A DNA stretch of 64,000 nucleotides from Camelus ferus. Its lineage: Eukaryota. The translations under genes and the position numbers were made by a program. Of the stretch, positions 22,366 to 33,640 are shown piece by piece; within the stretch, counting starts at the first letter, position 1; each line of letters begins with the position of its first letter. The DNA is taken from positions 17,114,001 to 17,178,000 of the forward strand of contig NC_045697.1 in the NCBI RefSeq assembly GCF_009834535.1, written 5' to 3'. The notes below the pieces were generated by a model. The model saw only the letters and a list, made by a program, of their open reading frames with translations. It was not told where the DNA came from and ran no database searches.

Positions 22366-24388
22366 CGTTTTATATTAATGTTCAGATCAATCATTTCCCT
22401 GAACTTTTAAGACCACGTTCTTAATAATAGTGACCAAATGTCCTACATTGAGTAGAAATGTGCTGAACGTTGGCTTCTATCTCTTGGGACACAGCAATCT
22501 TCAAAATTTAGTCTTTCTCCTTCCTCTCTCCATCCACATTCCTCCATTTCTTTTCACCCACTCAGCATTGTAAGTCAAAGGGAATACCCTCGTCTTCATA
22601 CTTTCACCTCTCTCAAATGTCTGGCTTTGGCTCATCCTTTCACGGCCCCTGTCTCCATGCTGGCTTTCACCACAGTCTCTAAGCATGGTCCACCGTCTAC
22701 CCCATGCTTCATCAGTGATGACCCTGGAGAGATGCTGAGAAACTTGACTCCTCACAAGTGAGTATAAGAGCCACAGGACTCCCCCTCCACCCATTTACAA
22801 CCTGACACACCTGAAATACGATCACTAGGCTCTAATTTAGGAACCCAATGCCCTTCCCACCCTGCCTATGCCACCACCCCCCACCAAAAAACCCCTGAAA
22901 TTCCTTATTCTAACATAAAAACCATTTGTGTATTCAAAACTACCTATTTCTACCACTGGTAAAGATCTCTGGATTTATCCCATTTAAGGGGAAAAAAGAC
23001 TTCTAGGCCTTGCAATATCCTTGCAACACTCTTCCAGCTCCAAGACCTCCATGCACATTCATGGTCTCCTGCAAAGTGGGGGAGAACTCCCAGCATTCTG
23101 ATAAAGCACCTTTCCTGTCTACATTTCCACATCGTTTCAGGAAAAAATATTCAGGGGAACAGACTGGACTGCTAATTAGAGAACTGTCTGAAACCACCAT
23201 GAACCACATTTCCATCGGTGCAATAAGCAAAGACTCTTCATTAAAATCACTGTCCTCTGCAAGCGAAAGCTGTTTCAAGTGCAATAGATCTAATTCACAG
23301 GAGTGATCATGCAGACCCAGGTACAGTATTCATTATTAACTTAAAAAGTGTGCCAAATCAATTAAAAACCATTTTAAAGGGAAGGAATAAAATTTAGTTC
23401 TACCTAACTGCAGCTCAGCTCTAATTTATCTTCCAGCCACTTTCAAGGGATTTTACTTGGTTCTTAATCTAACATTCATTGGAAAGGGTAATTCTCATGA
23501 AATTACAATGGCATCTCTTGCATCATTTAATGCAAATGTTCCCATTCTTCGGAAATGGAGAGCGGCTTCTCCAATAAAGACTCCCTTCAAGGTGTAAAGT
23601 GGGAGAACTCTGGGATCTGCTTGAGAAGAAAAAAACACCCCGTTTCAGAAGCTGCTCCAATTTAAAACTCTGCCTGCATCCCTATGACAAACTGTATTCC
23701 AAATATAGGTTATTCACGACATGTTTGTTATAAGGCGAGGCATGTGAATTCCTGCCGTGTCTTTCTTTACAAACATGTCAAGACTTGTGAACCTTTAATG
23801 AAATGCAGCATTTGGGAAGCAAAGAGGAGGCTACAAAGACGCCAGAAAGAAGAGGCTCCTTTCCTGGGACTGGGACCTTCTTAGGCTAGTGATAGTTTCC
23901 ATCATCAGAGATATTGTGTCGTCTCAAAACCAAATGGGGCTTCACGGGTCACTGAGATGAACCACTTACTTCAGCTTACAGATTAAGAGACTAAGGCCTG
24001 AAAAAGAAGATTTTTTCCAAAGTGTCAGGGCCGGTGAGGGGCAAAGACTACCAGACCCATGTCTGGCCTGGCCACCACACAGCTGCCTTCCATTCATGCC
24101 ATAGGGTTGACAAGGCTCCAAAATAGATTTTGCCCTCTTGGGGTACTTTCTTAGGTCCCATAGGGCACCAACTTTCTGGTATTCAAATAAAAGTTCAAAG
24201 AAACTTGGAAGTGAACTTATCCCAGTTGGATATTTTTAGTCATGCTATTGAAACCGAGTCCCCCTAAAACCAAGATCCCCTGCTGAGTTTACGATTAGCC
24301 TCTCCATCTAGAACTTTATCCTTTTTCTTGTCCCACCCTCCACCCCTACTCCCCTGAGGACTGAGGAGTGGCAAAGAAAAGGGGGGAC

Positions 24389-24973
24389 TGAAACAGAGCA
24401 GGGCCTGTGGGACCAAAGCCCCTCCATGTCCTCTGTCTCTTGTTTGTAGAAAAAGGCTTCAGTCTCCCAGGTTTTCCCTGAGTTCCAAAGAGCAGATTCA
24501 AGAAGTTACTAATTAGGGAAGTGAGGGAATGTAGAAACAAAGGAAAAGTAGTCAAGAAATAATAATTTAGTTATAAATTGTTCCTCCTCAAGGGATATAC
24601 ATAGCAATCTGAAACGTATCTTTGAGTTCTTCTACAGGAACTAAGATGCCTGCCCAGGTGAAAGATGGTGACTACAGGCTGACCACACACATGTAGACCC
24701 TAGACAAGTTGGAAAGCTAATGATTAGGATTCCCAAAACACCATCCTGTGACCTCACCACCAACCAATCAAAAGAAAGTCATGCCACCTGCAACCCTCAC
24801 CCCAGATGTTTCCTTTAAAAGCTCTTCCATTTGGGGAATTTGGGTCTTTTGAGCATAAGCTGCCCATTCTCCTTGCTGGGTGCCTGCAATAAACACTGTA
24901 CTTTCCTCCACCACAACCAGGTGTCAGTAAATTGGCTTTAGTGGGTGAGTAGAACTAGTTCAGTTTGGTACCA
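24389..24973 (+). mobile_element. ERV1-class (MER41-like) LTR, 3' LTR preceded by a polypurine tract
   Basis: TG...CA termini (tgaaacagagcagg ... ttcagtttggtacca); aaccaatc CCAAT box; TATA-like tttaaaa; AATAAA at 24888-24893; PPT aaagaaaagggggg at 24373-24386. Confidence 0.85.
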
Positions 24974-25189
24974 CTACAGAAATTAGTTGGATGGATTTTA
25001 CATTTGGCTTTTTTTTTAACTAAGGCCCAGGAGTACAATCTTTCTTATTTGTTAACTCATTTTCTCCCATTCACTAGTAACCAGAGGTCCCACACAGAAG
25101 AGATCCACTTCCTCATTAATGTTTTCTCCAAGTATATGGCTTTCTGAGATGGTGAGAACACAGTAGTCTACTCTGGTTTTGGTTTAAAG

Positions 25190-25530
25190 CAAGGCTCAAC
25201 AAACTTTTTCTGTAAAGGGCCCAAGAGTGACTATGTTAAGCTGTGCAAGCCACGTGGTCTCTGTCTGAACTACTCAACTCAGCCACTGTGGTGCAAAAGC
25301 AGTCACAGACGTTGTGTAAGCAAATGAGCCTGGCTATGTTCTGATAAAACTTTATTTATCCATGTTGAAATTGAATTTCATATAACTTTCATGTGTCATG
25401 AAGCATTATTCATCTTTTGATTTTTATTCAACCACTTAAAAATGCAAAAACCATTCTTAGCTCATGAGCTATACAAAAGCAGGCAGGAGGCCAGATGTGT
25501 CTTGCCCCCGCTAGAGTTTGCCAACCCCCG
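25190..25530 (+). mobile_element. MER58B (hAT-Charlie), full length
   Basis: caaactttttctgtaaagggcc...tagagtttgccaacccc; 8-bp TSD gtttaaag / gtttagag. Confidence 0.9.
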
Positions 25531-26760
25531 GTTTAGAGTCATGAAAGCACTCACCACCTGGAAAACATCCTTTTGCTACCCAGACGCTCTCTTTATAATT
25601 TGCTAGCAGTGCTCGTCTGGCTAATACACATTTTCTGTCAAATGCACATGTTTTCCCATTGGTGTGTGATAGGAATGACTTCAGCAAGGTTACATCCTAC
25701 TTGCTAGTGACTTCAATCACCCCACAGTGCTCCTGAGTGGGGTGTCTTCCTTGATGGGAAGTATAACTGAAAGGACTGACTTGATCACCGAGAAACAGTT
25801 GTGAGATTATGTCATCATGCCAATCAGACGAAAGAGAAACACCCAGTCATGGGACCGCTGATGTACATTCTACTACTGGATTTTTAGCCTTCATACGTAA
25901 ATACTGCTTTAAATTTGGAAAGAAATATTCGAGTTTCACCTATGGCCAATATTAGCACCAACAAATCAATCACTGAAATCATTATCAATCTTTTGTCTGT
26001 ACAATGAAGTAAGTAGGAACGCTCCATTTAAATACCTTTACACACAGCACAACTCCACTGGCATCAGCATATTACAAAAACCAATTTTCTTACATCAACT
26101 TCTATCTACTTCTAATTCTGTAGCATAGCTCTGGGGAGTTGCTACAAGGTCTGTGTAAACTGAAAATCTAAATAACATTATGACGCCTATTACAGAACTA
26201 ATTTATAATCTAATACCCCAGTTGAATTTAATATCCTATTTATTTATTCAAGCAAAATATCTGGAAAAAATATGTCACATCATAATGTAGTTGTTATGAA
26301 AATGGAAAAATAAAACAGAATTTTAGAGAAAGCATGATAATTGCTAGGGGCAGGTATGAGCAAGAATTTCAGAGCCCCTCACACGAAGGAGAGACAGAAA
26401 CGGGAGCTCTTTAATAAATAGAATTTTTGCTTTATAATGCAATTATTGTGAAATTTAGTATTTCACATCAAATTTACAACTTTAAAATGTGATTCCTATT
26501 AATGTTATCTGCTCAGAGCTACTGCAGCATAAAACTGTTGGCCAACAGATGCCACCTCAACAACTGTCTTTAACAACTCCATTCCCATCCTGGGTGGAAG
26601 AACTGAGTTTATGGCAGCATTTATAAGCATGCACTGCCAATACGAATACACCAGTGAGGGATGCCCGTATGTGTAATACACACAGGCTGATGGAAATAAC
26701 TCTGCAGAGGCTTCTGAGAATTCCACGGTTCGTGGTGATCTCTTTCTCTTAAGATCAATA

Positions 26761-26892
26761 GAAGGAAGAAAGGACAGAAGGAAGGAATGAAGGAAAAGAA
26801 GGAGGAAGAAAGGAGAGAGGAAAGCAGGGAGGGAGGAAGGAAGAAAAAGAAAGAAGAGAGGAATGAAGGACAGAAGGAAAGAAGTGAAGGAG
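26761..26892. repeat. (GGAA)n-like purine-rich low-complexity tract
   Basis: Seen directly; produces the E/K/R-rich ORF 26787..27026. Confidence 0.92.
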
Positions 26893-27924
26893 GATATTAT
26901 GATGTTTGGATACGGAAAGCTATGGAAAGCATAAGTATAAAAATCTTGGGGGATGGTGACAATGACATCCTACCATGGGATGTTCCCAGCCATCCAGGAA
27001 ACAGGGCTGACTGGATGAAAGTTTAGTGGGGCACCACAATAGCTTTATAAGAAAGTTCCTAAGACTCACAGAAAGGGCAACAGCACCTGAATCCCTCCAG
27101 GAAATAAGGCACATGCCTACTGATTGTTTTTTCTTGAGAGAAGAACCATGTTTGCAGTGTAGGTAGCAGCCCCAAGTCATGCTGGCTCTAGGTCCCGAAG
27201 AACGATGCACCCAGGTGCACCCTCACACTCACATTGGCGACTTCCATGCCTCATAAAACAAGCAGAAGCAGCAGCCATCTACGTGGCAGGGTTTCAAGTC
27301 CCAAGGTCCTTGAGTCCTCCTCCAAATCTGCATGTCTAGATTCCAAGCCCTACTCTAGACTTCCTATATTTTCATTAAGCTCCCCAGGTGAGTCTTCCTT
27401 CATGGGTCTCCATTTTCAAAAACATACACATGGAGATTCTGGTGTGAGAGTTCTGCTGTCTCCTGACAGATGGGCCTCCTCTGATCGTTTGCCTTCTCCA
27501 AATGTAGAGCTGGCCCCCCACTATTTCCTGAGCATCCCTCCTACTGTGGCTTCTGTCTCCTTCCTTCTCCCACCCCAAGCGTCAGCTCAGCGAGGCTGCC
27601 GGGGAACGAGGAAGACCACCTCTTCCCTGAGCCATCCCACCTGCTCTTTGTGAACGGCACCCACGTGCTCCAGAAGCCCAGCTCAGCATTCTATTGATCA
27701 TCACCTATAAATCTAGCTACTCGTAAAAAGGTTCCATGAAATACAATCCAGGGACATAAATCTCTCTAAGAGAGATGAAATCTGATGGGAAATAAAATTC
27801 CCTCATTTCATTTATTCCCTTGTTTAACAGACTGACTTTCCCATCAGCTGTGAACATTAACATAAGATGGCAGAGGGTAGGGGACAGAGCACAGGCTGGG
27901 TGGGGGCAGGCCAACAGGGGAGCA

Positions 27925-28105
27925 AACACCCCCAGTGCCAGCCACTCATCAAGTGTCACCTGCAAGTGACTTATCCTCTCTAAGCCTCAGTTTTGTCATC
28001 TCTAAAATAAGTGGAATAAACTCCCTCACACGGCTGCCATGAGATCAAGTTCGATACACCACCACATACCAAGCACACGTCAGGAGCTCAAGGCGGTAGC
28101 TGTTA
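27925..28105 (+). mobile_element. MIR SINE
   Basis: gcaagtgacttatcctctctaagcctcagttttgtcatctctaaaat. Confidence 0.8.
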
Positions 28106-29205
28106 ACATGCAGCACAGCTCCGCTGTTAAAATTCTCCTTAACACAAAAAAGAGAGAAAATAATTAGCTCCCCCCACCCCCCAAAATCCAGACTTTCTTC
28201 CCATAGACAGAGCCATGTCCCATAAGATGGTTTCATTCATTCGGCTGACATTTACTGAGCATCACCCACACACCAGGCTTTGTCCTCCATCCTGAGAATT
28301 GTCCAGGCTTGGCCTCTAATTTTAAAAAGTGACAGAACCAACACTTAAGGTCACACACAAGAAAAAAACAGGTGGCGGGAAAACCATAATTTTTTTTTTT
28401 TTTTTTGCATAACTTCTTCCACTGCACACAAACTCAGCCCTCCGTGTCCTTCATGAATCTTGAAGAGTGTGTCTGTCCTTCTCAGAAACCTTCAGAGACC
28501 TGCAGCCCAGCTCCTCTCCTGGGTTCTCCCAGCTCCTGAGTCAGGGTCAGTCTTGGAATTTCCACACGGTGCTGCCATTTTGATTCTACAAAGTGACAGA
28601 TCCCTACCCGGTGATCTTGTAAGGACAGGGACAAAGTCGTGTTCATTTCTTTACTTCCTCCCTCACCAGAACAGTGTCTGCACACAGTAGTCAGACTGCA
28701 CCTATGAGCCTCTAGAACAGAAAGCCCCACCATCAACATGTTCCCCTTGGTCGCTCCTAGTGACCAGAGAGTCAGTCCCTGAGCTTAAGCAGCTACATTC
28801 CAGATACATTTTCCCACAGCAAAAAAAAAAAAAAAAAAAAAAAGGCAAATATAAAATTCTTTGTTCCTGGAACAAGAAGAAAAGCTCACAAGACTGAGAA
28901 AATGGCTGGCATTAGCACTCACTTCAACAGGCCAGCAAAACTTGCCACTGTTTCTTCTATCTGATCTTTGGGGCCCTCCAACTCCATACTCCCATGATCT
29001 GACCATGAGGCAAAAACCACATTCTGCTCTTTCCCAGTGTACTTGAACCATAAGATGGTCTTTGGCTTGAGTGAGCCAATAGCCTATTGGTTTCACTTTC
29101 TTCTCTATAAAAACAGTCTATGGTGAAATGACAAGACAGTCTTGAATTGACCAAATGTTGGCAAAGAACAAAGCAAAGTTTAGTGACTTCATGAGCATCT
29201 TTTAC

Positions 29206-29295
29206 TTTTTTTTTTTTAAATGGAGGTGCTGCGGATTGAACCCAGGAGCTCGTGCATGCTAAGCAGGCGCTCTACCACTGAGCTCTCCCCTCCCC
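29206..29295 (-). mobile_element. tRNA-Ala(AGC)-derived SINE (camelid vic-1 type)
   Basis: Reverse complement GGGGAGGGGAGAGCTCAGTGGTAGAGCGCCTGCTTAGCATGCACGAGCTCCTGGGTTCAATCCGCAGCACCTCCA plus A tail; Pol III A and B boxes visible. Confidence 0.9.
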
Positions 29296-30439
29296 AATCA
29301 AGTATCTTGAGAAAGAAAGAATATGAATCTATTGAGTGGTCCTTGTAATCCCATTCTTAGGTCACACAGAGGGAAGTTTGGAGCTGGATAAAGAGAACAC
29401 AGAGGTATTCGAGATGATGGGGAAAGAAGTAACGGGGGAGAGGAAAAAAAATTCTTCTATCCTGTAGACTTAGGCCAAGCATTTGTTAGCGTTGTGTCTA
29501 GCTCCCTAAACCAAAAAAAGTAAACTCAAACAAACAAAGAATTCACCAGCCAGAACCAGGCAGACTCTCCCGCCTTGATTCACACATGGTCTCCTCACTC
29601 CCCACTCCCACCACAGATGGTGGCAGAGCTCTGACACACGGAGCACCCTCAGGCACTGAAACCTCCTCTGAGTCCCTCTGCAAGGGTGGTGGGCTGGTCC
29701 CCCTCTCAGCTGCCCGGGGGCATCTCTGTTGCTCCTTCTCTCTGCACCCCATCAAAATGGCACATTGTTAGGACTGTGCTCAGGATGTGTGATTTGGGAC
29801 AGACAGTCGTTGGAGTTCCCATATGTTTAAGGTACATATCTGGGCCACTGAAAAAAAGGAATTTAAGCATTCTCAAAAACAGCAGGAGAGCAAATTGGCC
29901 TTTCCCTCTGAGAGCTATTATTAGAGAAGCCCAGCCCAACTCAACCAGAAAGCCAGTATCTAGCCCGTCCGTTCTCCCCCTGCATCACTGTCCCACACAT
30001 CCCGCCCCCTTCCCAATAGGACTGCCCTGCTGCATCCCAGCCAGACACACATGTCACCTTTAATGTTGACCACTGGCTGGCAGAGATCAGGGGAAGCATC
30101 CTTTCTCATAGAGCAACTTGGTGGTCCAAAGTTCAATTTCACATAATACCGAGAACTCACGGAACGTGGAAGTACATTTGATTTGTACTCGCGGAACTTG
30201 GCAACCTGCTAGCTCTTCTTTTTGTGTACCTGCTGAAGTCGCAGCTGCTGCCTAAACTTTGTAAATAAACACTAAACAAATGCCAGATAAAGAAACCAAC
30301 TTCCCAGGATGCAGAAAGGGCAGGGGAATCACAGTTTTTGTTCTCAGAAATATGCTGTGACCTGCTTCAGAGCTGTGTCCTGGCAGCTTGGATGTGTCTC
30401 TGTTCTCCTGTGTCTGGAATCCTCCTTTATCTCCCAGGA

Positions 30440-30562
30440 AGAGAGAGAGAGAGACAGAGAGAGAGAAGATGAGGGAAGGGGAGGGGAGGTAGGAGGAGAG
30501 GGAAGCAGGGAGAGGGGAGGAAAGAAGATCTGAAGGAGGGAGAGATGGAATAAAGGAGAGGA
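30440..30562. repeat. (GA)n / purine-rich low-complexity tract
   Basis: Seen directly. Confidence 0.9.
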
Positions 30563-30793
30563 AAAAAGCCTCTTTTATTATTTGTCCCGGACTGAGTAGA
30601 CAATGTTGGCTGGGAAGACAATACACAGCCTTACTATTTCTTACGACACACATTTCTAACAGAAATTAGAGATCTCAAGAGTCAGTTTTTTCAGTGGAGT
30701 TCATCCCCTATCGTGCAATCAAAGTTAATGCGAAAGCAGGCTTCGTTTCACTTGATCCGCAACTTTCCAGGCGTGGATCCGTGGCGTGTACAA

Positions 30794-30801
30794 TGACGTC
30801 A
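30794..30801. promoter_or_regulatory. Full palindromic CRE (TGACGTCA) in a CpG-retaining patch
   Basis: aaTGACGTCAct with about 11 CpGs in 30712-30840; function is inferred only. Confidence 0.45.
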
Positions 30802-31394
30802 CTAGGTGGGCGTTTTTATCGCTCCTGGTCCTTGGGCCGCATGGGACATATTTCTCAACAGCAACTCCTTGCTGAAGGATTTGGAGTTAATCACTCAAAA
30901 TCCTCTGGCATGTTGCAATCTGTGTTCCCTTGGGCATGGGTAATGCACAACTGAATCAACCAACCGAAGATGGAGAAGCCCAACATTTCTCAGCACGACG
31001 AAAACAGACTTTATAAGTGGGCTGTCAGGCAGCCACCTCTATTTCCCTGCCTATCTCAAAGGATACATCTGTCCCAGACGCAAGATGAGGAAGCAAGCAG
31101 AAGGGGGTATAGGCATGATGTATGGACTAGAGGTGACTTACAGCTCCTCTCTGTCTTTCAGGTGCTGGCTTCTGGTGACTCAGGCCAAGTGATCTGGGTA
31201 ACAGTGATGACACTTAGAGCCACCAGCTATTGAATACTTAAACGCCAGGCTCTGTGCTATATCTATATATGTGTGTGTCTTGTCTTCTCCCAATAAAACA
31301 GGAGTTCCATAAAGGGCAAATATCTTGTCTCTGTTGTTTTATCTTTTTCCTTTTGTTTCCCTTTGGTTTGCCAATGTCCCCCCAACACACACAT

Positions 31395-31620
31395 AATAAT
31401 GACTAACACTTACAGAGCACTGCGAGATGCCAGGCACCGTTCTAAGGGCGGAAAATACAGAAACTCACAGAATCCTCACAACAACCCTCTGAGGTAGACA
31501 GATTCTCTCATTACCCCCATTTTTTATAGATGCGCAGAGAACTTAGTAACTTGTCTAAATAAGTGGTGAAACCTAAATTCAAACACAGATATTCTGCTTC
31601 CAGAATCTATGCTTTTAACG
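31395..31620 (-). mobile_element. MIR SINE
   Basis: tgccaggcaccgttctaagg...aatcctcacaacaaccctctgaggtag...cccatttttatagatg. Confidence 0.88.
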
Positions 31621-31694
31621 TCTATGCTATTGAAGGATGTTTATTGTATCAATAAACATTTTTTGAATGAATGAAGGCTCTCATGTAAGCATTA

Positions 31695-31845
31695 TAACAG
31701 CCTTAAGGAGAACATATGACTACTGTTCTCTACAAATTAGGCAGCTGAGACTCAGGGTGGTTAAGTAACTTGCCCAAGGTCACACAGCTACTTGTGAAGA
31801 ATGAGGACACAACTCAGGTCTTTCTGACAAGAAGGCCCATGCATG
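31695..31845 (-). mobile_element. MIR SINE
   Basis: ctgagactcagggtggttaagtaacttgcccaaggtcacacagcta. Confidence 0.88.
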
Positions 31846-33269
31846 ATCTTGAAATGACTGCAGTACTTTAAACCACACGACCAAGCCACTCCCTACTCAG
31901 TGCTTCCATTCAGGGGCTCCATTTCCCCCATCTTATTAATAACAGCATCTGTTTTTGCAAACAAAACAAGTTGTTTAAGATAAAGCAGATATATCTCTTC
32001 ACAGGTCTACATGGTTTTTGTTTTGTTTTCCCCAATAAGCTGTATAACAAAAGAAAAGCTCATATTTTAAATGACAAATCAGAAGTGGGTCAGGCAAGTC
32101 TTTGATTTCAAGAGGGCCTGTCCAGCAAAATTTGTCACTGGAGGACCTTACCTGTGTGGTTACTTCTGTAAGGAATGTCCCCACAGCGGGCTCCGGACAC
32201 TGCGTACTCAGTATGGGAAAGGCCTGATGTCCACGGCAGAGAACCAGGTGGCGCAGATGACTCACCTCGGCTAAACCCAGGACCTCGGCCCTCTCTCTCT
32301 TCCAGGCACAGGTCTGGGAGCCAGGGAGGTCTTCCTCAGCCCATGAAAACTTTTACCTTCGTCCAGCACTTGCTCCGACCGCTTGCTCCTAAATGACTGT
32401 TCCTCCATCTGATTATTTTTCTTCCACACACACCTGTCATCCAACTTTTCATTTTTTAAAAAGTTTTAAAAATTTATTACTCCTGAAGCGAGGACCTGAG
32501 AATGAGCCGGCGATTAACAGAATCATTTGACTGACCTTCAGGAGACCCAACCGGTGGGTGATTGATGAAATGGCTACAGGTTTAAGCAGAAGGTCAGCTT
32601 CAATAATATGGCTGTTACTTCCCATGGTCCTTACAACCCAACTCAATCGATGGCCTTCACTTCTCCTTTGCAACAATTTTGAGGCCAAGGTATCTGACTG
32701 ACTCCACCACTTGCCACCCTCTAGTGAGCCTCCTTGCATAGTAAAGACATGCTATCAGTATCGCACCCAAAGAGATCACGATCTAGCATCAGAGATGATT
32801 GCTCTCAACCACGGAGGTTCCCTGTTAGTTGCTTTTCCACCATATCCGATCAACCTGCCACGGGGACCCGGCAGGGGTTACCTGGAGGGCAGTTCTCGCT
32901 GCTCCCTCCAATCAGCCCGCATCCATCACTGACACCCCGTTCTGGAGTTTAAAATGGGGGTCATAAAACCGTCCTGCCCACCTTCAGAAATTTAACACAT
33001 TAAAGTTCTCCTTCTAGCTGGCAGCATTTGAACTTGAAAGAGGGAATAAAAGAAGGAAAAAGACTTCATTAAAACTTTTTTCCAGCCACTTCTAAGGGTT
33101 AATAATAGGTAAATCTTGAACCTCATCAGCACTGAAGAACACGCTTCAGATTTTCTCTGCAAAGTAACCCCATACATAAGAAATAACAACCACAAGAACC
33201 AAGAGGCCATTGTAACCCTTTGCCTGCATCATCTCAACGAGTCCTCAGAGGTTTCCTAGGAAATCCGGG

Positions 33270-33495
33270 CAGTGGGGCGGTTAGGAACAGAGGCTCTGGA
33301 CCCACACTGCTCACTGACTAGCTGTGTGACCTTGGGCAAGTCAGCTAACCTCGCCCTGCCTCAGCCCTGCACACACAGAATGGCGATAAGGATAGCTCTC
33401 AAGATTGCTCTAGGATTAAATGAGTCAATGTACATAAAGTGCTAGGACAGGTCTGGGTATGTGGTACCTGCTCGGGTACGCATTATATATTGTTA
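33270..33495 (+). mobile_element. MIR SINE
   Basis: ctagctgtgtgaccttgggcaagtcagctaacctc...ggattaaatgagtcaatgtacataaagtgct. Confidence 0.88.
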
Positions 33496-33499
33496 GTAC

Positions 33500-33640
33500 C
33501 ATTAATCCAGTTTGATAGATGAGGCAACTGAGGCTCTGGGAGATTAATTAAATGATGTGCTCAAAATCGTGACTACCGAGTGGAAACGTGAGGATTTGAA
33601 CTAGGCAGTCTAACTCCATAGGCCAAGTTCTTGAGCACTC
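33500..33640 (-). mobile_element. MIR SINE
   Basis: tagatgaggcaactgaggct...ggatttgaactaggcagtctaactcca. Confidence 0.8.

Noticed and set aside
26787..27026. Charged E/K/R-rich ORFs (also 16978..17232 and 30309..30533)
   Set aside because: Translations of purine-rich simple repeats.
29221..29295. Functional tRNA-Ala gene
   Set aside because: Extra 5' leader, stem mismatches and an A tail without a T-run terminator indicate a SINE.
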